A stretch of DNA of 64,000 bases. Source: Octopus sinensis. Its lineage: Eukaryota. Shown here piece by piece: positions 52,550-64,000 of this stretch. Within the stretch, counting starts at the first letter, position 1, and the number at the start of each line of letters is the position of its first letter. The translations under genes were made by a program, and so were the position numbers. The notes under the pieces were generated by a model that was given only the letters and a program-made list of their open reading frames with translations, ran no database searches and was not told the DNA's origin. The stretch is taken from NCBI RefSeq assembly GCF_006345805.1, contig NC_043001.1, forward strand, positions 41,974,001-42,038,000. Direction: 5' to 3'.

Positions 52550-52727
52550 TACACAGAGAGAAAAAAAACACAGAAAGAAGGAGAGAAAAAAAATGCGTGC
52601 AGTAACTAACGAATCAACATGGCGATCTGATTTCGGCCAGAAGTCAAAGATCAAACATGAGACGCGAGAGCGAAATAAGGGGAGATAATAGGGTTGATAA
52701 TAGGGTTGAATGACCACCTATTAGTGC

Positions 52728-53056
52728 GTAGGAGGGGGTCTGGACGTGTGTATGTATAGGGTTGGTGTATGTATTAGTATGTATAAGGGTGTGTGTGTGT
52801 GTGTGTATGAGAGAGTATTAGTGCGTAGGATAGGTCTGGACAGGTGTATGTATGGGGTTGGTGTATGTATTAGTACGTATTAGTATGTATAAGTGTGTGT
52901 GTGTGTGTGTATGAGAGAGTATAAGTGCGTATGAGGGGTCTGTATGTATGAGGGGTCTGTATGTATGAGGGGTCTGTGTGTATGTATAGGGTTGGTGTAT
53001 GTATTAGTATGTATTAGTACGTATTAGTATGTATTAGTTGGTGTATGTATTAGTAT
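52728..53056. repeat. Tandem repeats (~100-bp units plus short gtattagtat units) in the PLE 3' UTR
   Basis: tattagtgcgtagga...gggttggtgtatgtattagtatgtataag(tg)n atgagagag is repeated. Confidence 0.8.
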
Positions 53057-56000
53057 GGCACATCATATATGATGTGATGTGTAAAGTCATGTGGTGTAGT
53101 GAGGAGAAGAGGGGGGGAGAAGAGGGGGAGGGGAGGGGAAGAAGAGGGGGAGGGGGAGAGAAGGGGAGTGAGGGGGCAGAGGGAAGGGGAAGAGGGAAGG
53201 AGGGAGGGAGAAAGAGGGAAGGGAAGGGGAGTAGGGGTGAAAGGATGAAGGACTGAAGAAGTAGGGGTCGGGGGGGGAAGGATAGGTGAGGAGGGGGGAG
53301 AGGGGGTTAGATGAGGAGGGGGGAGAGTTGAGACCAAATGGCGTATAAGAGCGAAGAGAGAAGATTAATTCCTGTTCACGGCGCAAACGGGAAGCTGGAT
53401 GGCCTCTGTGTAAGGACAAACCGAACACAGATAGGTGTTGCAAGGAGTGACCGGTGGAGCGGAAATGGCGTGAGACCGGTGTGTCGTTCGCAAGGTGGAT
53501 GTCACGAAGGTGTTCCGCGAACCGGTCAGCCAAGCGGCGTCCCGTTTGTCCGATGTACAAGAAATTGCAGAGAGAGCAAGAGACGCAATAGATAATATTG
53601 CTGGAGGTGCAGGTGAAGGAGTGGATGATGGGATAGGGTCAATGGTGGGTGCTAGTGAGGTGGGTGGTGTTGGAGAGGTAAGGGCAAGTGCGGCAACGTG
53701 GGCGGGAGCAGGGGAACGAGCCGGGTTGGGAGGTAGGGTCAGGGAAGGAGCTATGGACTAAAAGGTCTCGAAGGTTGTGGGCTCGTTTGAAAGAGGGGAG
53801 GGGTCGGTTAGGGAAGAGGTGTGAAGTGGACGGGTCGGACTGGAGATGACGGAAAGCTCGAAGAATGGTGCGTGGAGTGGTAAGTGAGGGGAAAAGGGAG
53901 GCGGGAGACTACAGGGCGGGTTCGGGGAGAGAGAGCAGCTACATGGTCCACAGACCGTGCTCTGGCAAGGGCGGTGTGGATAGTGGCGAGGGGGTATCCA
54001 CGTAGGGTGAAGTGGTGAGCCATACGTTGAGACTGAGTCTCAAAGTCATGGTCGTCACTACAGAGCCTACGTAGACGGAGGAATTGGGAATAGGGGATGG
54101 AAAGCTTGGTGTGTTCTGGGTGGGAGGAAGAGAAGTTGAGGTATGAGTGTGAGTCTGTGTGTTTGTAGTGAATGGAGGTGGTAAGAGTGGAGTGAAGAAT
54201 GCTAACCGAAATGTCGAGGAAGGAGACAGAGGTGTTGGAGATAGTGGAAGTGAAGTGGAGGGCTGGATGGAAAGATTGGACGAAAGAGAGGAAGGAATCT
54301 AGATGTTCACGGGAGAGTGAGGTGGCACCGATAATGTCGTCAATGTAACGACCATATAGTTCAGGAGTGGGACCAGTGAAATTAGAGAATATTTGGGCCT
54401 CAACATAGCCAACGAACAGGTTCGCATAGTTGGGGCCCATTCGCGTTCCCATGGCCACTCCCGAGACCTGATGGTAGAACTCGCCCGCGAACGAGAAGCA
54501 GTTTAGAGTAAGGACAAGTTCGGCTAGACGAATGAGTGTGGAGGTGTCAGGTACAGGGTTAGAGCGGAGGTCAAGAAAGTGTCGAAGGGCCTGCAGTCCT
54601 TCATGGTGAGGGATAACAGTATAGAGGCTTTGGATGTCCATAGTAAAAAGGATTTTGGAGGAGCCGGGAGGAAAGGAGAAAGAGTTGAAAAGCCGGAGAG
54701 CATGGTTGGTATCATGGATGTGGGAGGGAAGAGATGCCACTAGGGGGGCAAGGACACGGTAGAGGTATTTAGAGATGAGCTCCGTGGGGCAGTTACAGGC
54801 GGAGACGATGGGGCGGCCAGGGTTGTTGGGTTTGTGGATTTTGGGGAGGAAGTAAATGGTGGGGGTACGTGGGGTTCGCACAATTAGGTTGGATGCGGTG
54901 CGGGGGAGACGGGAGGACGAGATGAGGTCGCGGACAGTAGAGGATACCGTCTGTTGGTAGCTACGTGTGGGGTTAGAGGGCAGAGGGGAATAGAAGGAGG
55001 TGTCATTGAGTTGGCGGAAAGCCTCAGCCTATAGAGGTCCGCGCGCCACACCACTACAGCTCCACCCTTGTCAGCCGGTTTGATGATAATGTCAGCGCGC
55101 CGTTGGAGGGAACGAAGAGCCAAGAGCTCAGCCGGGGAGATGTTGAGGCGGCGTTGGCGCCTGGAGAAGTTGAACCGCTCCAATGCACGCTGACAAGCGC
55201 CCGCGAAAAGATCCACTGCTAGGATCTGGCCAGGGGCAGGCGTCCACGGGGATGGTCGGCGGCCCAGGCCAGTGAAGCAGTCCTTTTCATTGGGTGTGGG
55301 TGGCGAGTCGTGGTAATGCGCACCCAACCGGACACGGCGCACAAAGCTGTGGACATCAACTCGCGTCTGGAATTCCTTACAGGATGGAGTGAGGGGAATG
55401 AAACGCAGACCCCTACCAAGGACGGAGCGTTCAGCCGCAGATAGGGGAAGATCGGGGGGAATGGTAACAACAGACGGAAGTGGAGAAGGGGTGGGTGGAA
55501 TAGAAGTAGGAGGGGTGGTAGGTCTCGTGGAGGTCTGAGGGGGAGGGATTGGGGAGGTGTGTGTGGGGGGGTTGGGGGGGGGGCAGTAGGGTTAGGTGTA
55601 GGTGGATGGAACCTATCGGGAGGGGAGAAGGGGTTGTAGGGAGGGGCAGTGGGGTTAGGTGTGGGTGGATGGAGCCTATCGGGAGGGGAGAAGGGTGGTG
55701 GAGGAGTTGGGGTAGTGGCGTCGGGTAGGGTGGAATGGAAGAGTGATTGGAGTTTACGAAGTTTGGTATCAGAAAGAAATTGATGGAAGAGTTGATTCAA
55801 ATGGATAATGAAGCATAGCGTGTTTGGAGCATAGAGAGGCGGCAGAGAGGAGAAGAAGGTGGAGAAAGCAGGAGGAAGAAGGCGGTTGATGGCATGTAGT
55901 TTAGAGAGATTGGAGCGAATGGTGGCCTGCATAAGGCGGTAAGATGTGGTGCGGAGTATGGGTAAGATGGAAGAATCCGAGTGGAGAGCAGGGTGGAAGT

Positions 56001-56802
56001 GGAGGCGAAAACCTTTAGGGATGAGTCGGTGATGTAGGCAGCGGCTTAGGAAAGAGACATGGCTAGAGAAGCGGGTTTTTTTAAAAAGAAGTAGAGAGAG
56101 ATTAACGGACGGTTGAAGGCAATATACAGGAAGAGAACGGAGATAATCCTTCAAACGGTGATGGAGGGTGAGGAGGTAGGACCTAGGATCCGGCATGATG
56201 GGATAGCGGAAAAAAAACAAACAAACGTTCGAAAAAACAAAAAAAAACCAAAAAACAAAAAATTATCGTATGAAAAAAATAGAAAAAAAGGAGATAGCGA
56301 AAAAAGAGGAAAAAACAAACGTTCAAAAAAAAAAATAATCGTATGTAAAAACTAGATAAGTAAGCGATAGGGGCAGAAAAGACGGGGCAAACGGAAAAGG
56401 GAAAGAAAGAAGGGAAGCAGAGAGAGGGGGAGGCAAAAAAGGGGGGTGCAGGCAGAGGAAACAGAGTATGGACATCCAGAGAGGGAAGAAAGACGGAAAG
56501 GAGAACAAAAATGCAGGAAAATGTGGAAAGCATGAAATGAATGTAAAAAAAGTGGTAATATATGAGAAAATAAAAGTACAAAAAACGGACAGTTTATGCG
56601 AACAAGTTCAAGTTGAAAGTTCAAGGTGAGAAATGTGTAGACGTCGTGGTATATTTTTTAAGGATTTCACATCAATGCAAAGTCACTTTGATCCGCGAAA
56701 GAGAGGTGCAGCCAATGGTAAGTATCCAAGAGGTAAAGAAAATCCAAGGTAGAGGTAAGTGTTGATAGTGGTATTGGTAGAATATAGGATGAAAGTGAGA
56801 CC

Positions 56803-57447
<645 letters not shown>

Positions 57448-57449
57448 TA

Positions 57450-58120
57450 CTTATTTGGTAATAAAATGCAGACGGCTAGCTGAATAGATTCTCCGAACTT
57501 TCAGAACAAGAGAGAAGGAGACACTGATGGTCCTTTGGAAAACTTCCGTCCTCAGCCGCTTGGACTACTGCTCCCAACTATGGTCACCTCACAATATAAA
57601 GCTAACAGCAGAACTCGAAGCAATTCAAAGAAGCTACACTAAGAAGATCGTCTCAATGCAACATATCAGCTACTGGGAAAGACTGAAAGTATTAAAATTC
57701 TTCTCCCTAGAGCGAAGGCGGGAGAGATATGCAGTGATATACATCTGGAAAATCCTGGAGTTTCTTGTCCCAAACTTTGGCATTCAACGTTACCCCAACT
57801 GCAGAACGGGGCACCACTGCATGGTGCCAAAGATTCCAACATCACCATCAAAATACAGGACCAGATACTGCAACAGTTTGGGTTTCAGAGGACCACAGCT
57901 CTTCAACATCCTCCCAAAATGCCTGAGAGATTTGCATGGTGTGGATGTGGGTTTCTTTAAAACTAAATTGGATCTCTTCTTGTCAGGGATCCCAGATGAG
58001 CCTACCTCTTGACAGGAGACACAGATGTGGGCAGCGGCATCAAACTCCCTTGTTGACCAAGTGCCACATAACAGAGGTGGATTCACATACTAGTGTAGCT
58101 CATTCAGCGGTGGTGCCCCA
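57450..58120 (+). mobile_element. CR1-group LINE 3' fragment, tail truncated
   Basis: KCRRL..ILRTFRT..LDYCSQLWSP..YWERLKVLKFFSLERRRERY; ends at ggtggtgcccca. Confidence 0.88.
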
Positions 58121-59622
58121 TCCGTTCTCGCCACATAGCCATACCAGCGCAGTCGTCTCTCTTGCACTCCACATCTGATACTTCTTAGGTCCAACTTTTC
58201 TCTCAAGGTACTAACACTCTGTCAAGTATGCACACTAATATTACACATCCATTGGAGCATACTGGCTTCATTCCTTGTGAGTTTACACATGTCCTCAGCA
58301 GTGAAGGCCAATGTTTCACTGCCATGTAGCATGGCTGTTCATACACAAACGTCATACAGTCTACCTTTTACTCTGAGCGAGAGGCCCTTTGTCACCAACA
58401 GAGGTAAGGAGCTACACTTTCAGCGCAACCTCCCCCGCTACTGACTTGGTCACCTAGGTAAGGGAACCTATCAACTACTTCTAATTTTTCTCCCTGGAAT
58501 GTGGCGGAAGTTGGTCTCTGCAAATTTTCAGTGTTTATTGCACCTGAGCATCTGCCACATACAAAAACTATCTTCCCAGTTAGCCTTTCTTTGATATTGC
58601 TGCACCTCTTATGTAGCCATAGCTTACACTGGGTACATCTTATAAAGTTTCTACCTATGCCTTTTCTACAGATCAAGCAGGGCCATCTACCTGAAGGGAT
58701 TTGTGGTTTGCCTGCCTTCCTACTTATTAGGACTTTGGTTTTAGCTAGGTTGACTCTAAGGCTCTTTGATTCTAATCCTTGCTTCCACACCTGAAACTCC
58801 TCCTATAGTTCTGATAGTGACTCAGCAATTAGAGTAAGGTTGTCAGCATAGAGGAGCTCCTAGGGTCATCCTGTCTTGAATTCCTCTGTTATTGCCTGGA
58901 GGACTGATAAATAAGAAGGGGCTGAGGACTGAACCTTGGGGGACCCCTACCTCTACCAGAAATTCTGCACTATACTCATTACCAACTCTCACCTTACTAA
59001 CAGTGTCCCTGTACTGGCTTGCACAGCTCTCACTAACAATTCATCTATCCCTAGTTTCCTCATTGACCACCAGATAAGGGATCGGGGGACCCTGTCAAAG
59101 GCTTTCTCCATGTCAAAGAAAGCCAGGTACAGAAGTTTACCTTTGGCTAGGTATTTCTCCTGTAGTTGTCTTACCAGAAATATAGCATCAGTGGTGCTTT
59201 TCCCTGGCATGAACCCAAACTGCATCTCATCTAAACTGACTCTCTCCCTAATTAGTTGGGCTATGACCCTCTCCATGACCTTCATTACCTGATCCAACAA
59301 CTTGATACCTCTGTAATTATTTGTATCTAAAGCATCACCTTTACCTTTGTAGCAGTTGACAATTATGCTGCTACACCAGTCAATGGGTATGACTCCTTCG
59401 TGTATCACCTGGTTAACTATACACGTGACTAGGCTATAGCTGACACTGCCAGATATTTTCAGCATCTCTGCAGTAATTCCTGATGGGCCGGGGGCTCTCC
59501 CTGTCTTTATACTCTTAATTGCTGTATCTACCAAGGTACTGTTAACTCAGATAGCTGGTCCCTCTGTTGGGTCAACATTCAGCAGATACTCTTTCTCCCA
59601 TTGATTTTCTTTATTGAGCAAC
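58121..59622 (-). mobile_element. RTE LINE internal fragment (RT domains with complete PHD-like finger), both ends missing
   Basis: KTGRAPGPSGITAEMLK, YRGIKLL, QFGFMPGKSTTDAIF, DMEKAFDRV, LYADNL, C4HC3 finger, VVDRFPYLG, RLRWYG. Confidence 0.92.
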
Positions 59623-62421
59623 CACATTCGGCAGAGAGAGAGGGGGGGGGCGAGAAGGAGAGTTAAGTAAATTTCTTATCTAAATAACAGAAAAGTCTTC
59701 ACAAACAAATGCAAAAGGCTTTATGAAACAGAAAGGTTTTATACTCACTGGAAAATAATCTTTCTTTCTTTGCATATGTAAACTGAACAATTACCTAAAA
59801 CTATCGTATATCTTTAACATTCCTAATGACAAGGGTAACACACAATTTTAAGTCTGTTGAAACTTATTTGAACAGGTTTGCAGTTGAATCATTTGAGATC
59901 TCTCAACACAGCTATTTTATATTATATCATATTATCTTTTTCCTTTCCTTCTATTAATTAAAAAATATATCCACTTACACAAACTAACACTATTGTTTTA
60001 TCATACCTACTTATGCTTGCTATGAAGATTACAATAACTCAGCAGACCTATCTAAAAGAAATATGGAAAATTAGATACTAAACTTGACATGTAGCAAAAT
60101 AAAGTACAATCTAATATTAAATGAAGCAGTTAGCATCAAAGATATGGCAATTAATAGTTTGGAAGAATTACAATATTTATAAAATAATTTACCCTAGTTT
60201 CAATGTATCCATCTAAAACTGAAAATACCAAGCAAAGTTGTCTGTTCTATCTCTGGGATAGAGAGATTTGTGCCAGACTGTTATACTACACCAGGAATTG
60301 TTAAGCTTCTCTCTGATCAATCTTTTATTAATTCGTTTCACTTTACTTCTCACCACATATGCTCCTCAGAAACATTACATTGATTCCTCCGATTGTTTTG
60401 GGGTCATTCACATGCAGTCTAGACCATGTCACATTAGACTCATACTGCTTCTATGAACAGATACCATGAAAAAATTTTCCAATGGAAACAATAACGCTTG
60501 AGATATACATTAGATGTATTGTCTCCCACAATAATGCTTAAGATATACTCATATTACATAAGAAATATCCATATACTTCTATGTCATTCAAGGATTTTAA
60601 TCTACTATATTCAGCCTCATTACATTGTCTAGCTTTTGTTTTTATCTACTATGGGGGTTTTCAACCCCCATAGGGGTTGAAAACCAGTTAACTGAACACA
60701 ATAGAGGTGACTGAAACAAAAAGAAATACCACATGGTATCTTCATTCAATGTACCAATTCTGCCATCCCATATCTATCAATCTATACATACAAATATACA
60801 CATCTGACAAGTTCTATGGATTCCCTCAACCAAATTTCACTCTTTAGTCAAGGAAATAATACAACAGGTCTGCAAAGTGATTTTAATCACACAGGTATTC
60901 CAGCACAAATAGAAACTTTCTGAAAGTCATTGATTAAAGTGATATTAATAATTCTGGCTAACTTTTCAAATAAAAAATTATCCTATGAGAAGTAATAAGA
61001 CATAAAATGCAATGTCCAAAAGATCAGGTGTGATGAATTTGCAGTTGTTAACTTCAATGTTACATTTGAAACATCAGTTTCATTAACATCAAAATATTTC
61101 TCCACAACATATATGATTATACTACTTTCAATTTTTACCAAACTAAATATAATTAATAATATAAAATACAAGTATCATCCAGTGAAAATTAAATGCATAG
61201 CCAATGACATTTGAACTGTGATGAAAAAAATAATCTAAATGCTTTTTTCAGGTGTATCAACTTGTATACAGGCACATGTGTGTGAGAGAGAGAGGGAGGG
61301 GGGAGAGTATTTAATATTCATTTTTTCTCAAGCTGCCATGGGTTGATCATGTCTGCAATGCAGTACATTTCTATGTATCCCAATTCTACATCATTTTACA
61401 ACTTTGATCTAAATTATATATTTTCTCTTTTATACAGAAAGAAATTTGGGCTGTTCCTTTGGTAAGAGGAAAATACTATCAAAAGCTTTAGCTTCCTTTC
61501 TAATTTCTTGGTCATTAAACATCAGTAAACACCAGATAAAAATTATTATCGCACACATAGATATAAACATTTATGGGTAATAAATACTGAAAACAAATTC
61601 AAGTAAATATAACTTTTGTCAGTGAAGAAATGTTGACATAGCTTCATTATTGAAAACTTTCAATGCCTAAATTTGATACAACTTCACTAGAATTACACAC
61701 TGACATATTTGAAGTAGTGTCACATTGGCTGTTATAAGCACAATGCTTTGACTATGTTCTCTTCAGTTTTCATATTCAATATGATTCTCAGAATTTTGAA
61801 TTGAAACTTTTCGTGAATTTATGTTCTCATTCTGCTGTCCATACCATAAAAAATGGCTCTAATGGAATAGTGAATGTAAATGTAGTAATTTAGCTAGTGG
61901 GTGTGAGTTAGTACATACCTTCTAGTTCGAGAAGAACAAGTTAGCAAACAAAATCACAAGTAGAATGATAAGAAATAGAATATCCTTGGTGCAGACAATA
62001 GAAAGAGAACAATTTATCACTGCAGATTTTAATAGAGGTTTCAATTTGAAATTCTGAGAAAATTATTGAATGTGACAGCGACCTGAAGAAGTACAATAGC
62101 TGAAACATGACTATAACTACTATAAGAACACCAGTCTGAATTTCTCAAAGTATAATAATATCAAACAATGTCTAAAAAAAATGAGAAATCACAAATATCC
62201 ACTCTTGTCTAATTTTAAAAACCTAGCTTTACTCATAACTTCTTCCAAGAAAAATTTATATCGTTATTTTATACATAGTTTATGTTACATAAAATGGTCC
62301 AAGAAAACTGTTAAAACAGGACTGCTTCATAAATATAAGTGAGAGACTTCTTATGCACTAGCCAGAAAAAAAATATATAATATTCTATCAGAAAAGATCA
62401 CATATACAAACTTTTTAGTAC

Positions 62422-62427
62422 TTTATT
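62422..62427 (-). terminator. Candidate polyadenylation signal AATAAA for the 63.6-kb exon
   Basis: tttatt on the plus strand, with U/GU-rich sequence downstream on the minus strand. Other copies lie at 63117-63122 and 63150-63155. Confidence 0.3.
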
Positions 62428-63595
62428 TAAGGCATAAAAGAGTTTCAATCTTTTTCAGTAATTTAAATATATCCAAACTATAGTGTCAATATGGTAATTT
62501 GTTACATCATGAACCATATTAATTGTTAAAAAAATAAACAGAAATATACCAGCTGTAAAGCTAAAAATTAGCAAAATACATTTGAATTTTAACATTGTTT
62601 CTAGTATGAAAATTAATAACAAAATGCGAAAATGAAGTTAAATTTTAAAGTTGCCTAGAATGAACTTCAAAAGTAAATCATCTAAAATATCATATCCAAG
62701 ATATTTTATCAGAACTATACCACTTAGTATTGAATTGTTTTTGTTGTCATCATGATAACAATCTCTCCAGTCATTCAATACCTCTAATTGTTCTTTCAGT
62801 TCCATTGCACGGAATCTGTCACAAATCCAATGAATGTATCATACTCAGCAAATTCATCCCTTAGCATTCCATTGTCATAAAATGGTTCATTAACACAGTG
62901 CAACACTTATCTTTGTATTTGTCTAAATAGATAACAATTCCAAATTATTTCACTATGCTAGAATATATTATTGGCTGAACATTGGTAGTCAACGTTGAAT
63001 AATTGGGTTTTAGTTGTCAATGTTTGTTGCATTAGAACATTAGAATAATGTAAAGTGTTCGCTTTTGGTCTTAGATTTCACATAACTCTTGGACCCAACT
63101 TGTTTTACAATTCTTATTTATTCCCTACCATATGTATTTTAGAACTTGTTTTATTATATTCAGTTCTGAAAATTGCTTCCCAGTTGTTATCATAAACTGA
63201 ATTTTAAAAATAGAATAAACTGGAGAAGCCTGAGAATTTTTTTTTTAACATCAAATGTAAATTCATCAATTATCAAAGTGACCGTCCTAACCCCCCATTT
63301 TCATATAGGTTTCAGTAACTTTTTTAACCACATAATAAAAAATCATTTTAAAATTAACTATCCAAAGTAAAAGCATTTTCAAAGTAGTCTAACATAACTT
63401 TATACAAGCAACAAATCCAATATCCTTCAGAAAACTCAATCTTTGTATTATGAGTTTCCTGATACAATAAGAGAAACCACTTTCTTTATCTTACAAAGAA
63501 AGTATTCCCTTATGAAGTTATTTACAAGAACACCAGAAAGGATCGCCATGCAATTCACTTCTTGTAATAAAATTCCAATCAATCTCCTATGAATA

Positions 63596-63648
63596 TCATC
63601 CAGTTTTAAATCTGGCAATATTTTCTTCTATTTGGTTCTTCATGTCGT
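63596..63648 (-). CDS. Probable terminal coding exon of an unidentified upstream gene (x-DMKNQIEENIARFKTG*), or a uORF-bearing UTR exon
   Basis: Acceptor tctttctttgctctctgctttatttag| at 63649/63648, helix-like open frame to TGA at 63598-63596, followed by AT-rich UTR-like sequence with AATAAA signals. Confidence 0.45.
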
Positions 63649-64000
63649 CTAAATAAAGCAGAGAGCAAAGAAAGATAAAAGCTGTAGATGTTGTTTAGTT
63701 CCAGGTCAGCTCCTAATTGGACAGACCTTTAATCTAAGTCATTCCAGCCATCACCATCTCATCTATGTACAAGGAACGCAGAACCACATTATGTCATGCA
63801 TCATTTTTTTACTATGATGGTCTGGGTCAGATTTGATTACTATTTCTTGTAGGTTGAGTGACTATAGTTTTCTTCACTGGTTTACAACAGGTAAGTATCT
63901 ACAAATGGTGTAACCCTACATTCTAAATTCAGTCAGATTTTTATTAGATAAAAATTAAAGAGAAATTACAATATATCTCAAAGAGCATGAAAATCCTCCC

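Larger units (their letters stand above)
52414..56802 (-). mobile_element. Penelope-like element, Neptune type, near full length, with disrupted RT + GIY-YIG ORF
   Basis: N-terminal HVSFLSRCL..IPKGF, KPADKGGAVVVW, YFLPKIHK..GRPIVS, FTMDIQSLYT, GVAMGTRMGPNYANLF, RYIDD, Cys-rich linker GSFPCSRPRCRTC and FTCTSSNIIYCVSCSLC, then YIGQTGRRLADRFAEH. Several frameshifts and one TGA (53641-53639). Confidence 0.92.

Noticed and set aside
52728-53056. Regularly spaced repeats as a CRISPR-like array
   Set aside because: The context is eukaryotic, there are no unique spacers, and they are simple tandem duplications in the PLE 3' UTR.
53639-53641. In-frame TGA in the PLE ORF as possible selenocysteine
   Set aside because: Some Naiad PLEs encode selenoproteins, but this element has a C-terminal GIY-YIG (Neptune type), the TGA is not at a Cys position and fits CGA-to-TGA decay, and the ORF has other lesions.

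Overview
AT-rich, repeat-dense eukaryotic DNA; the repeat families look like those of a coleoid cephalopod (Octopus), which is an inference. Most of the window is the 5' part of a minus-strand PSD/EFA6 gene (Arf6 GEF, Sec7+PH family). A 1.78-kb exon (48595-46813) encodes a disordered N-terminus with an MTED-like motif, two SxIP motifs and the start of the Sec7 domain. It splices in frame across a 43-kb intron to a Sec7 catalytic exon (3713-3520). That intron appears to hold candidate alternative first exons (27311-27247 in a CpG-rich patch, and an MGC-starting exon at 38401-38348), an 11-nt frame-adapting microexon (4232-4222) and a third donor at 25180. Mobile DNA includes a near-full-length Neptune-type Penelope-like element between two microsatellites, a second PLE relic, minimal hammerhead-ribozyme motifs in both PLE families, RTE LINEs with a PHD finger inside the RT, CR1-group LINEs, tRNA-derived SINEs with interchangeable CR1 or RTE tails, a non-autonomous Helitron, and mariner, Tigger and piggyBac derivatives. 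A possible last coding exon of another minus-strand gene lies at 63648-63596. All calls are by eye, with no database searches, and repeat boundaries are approximate.
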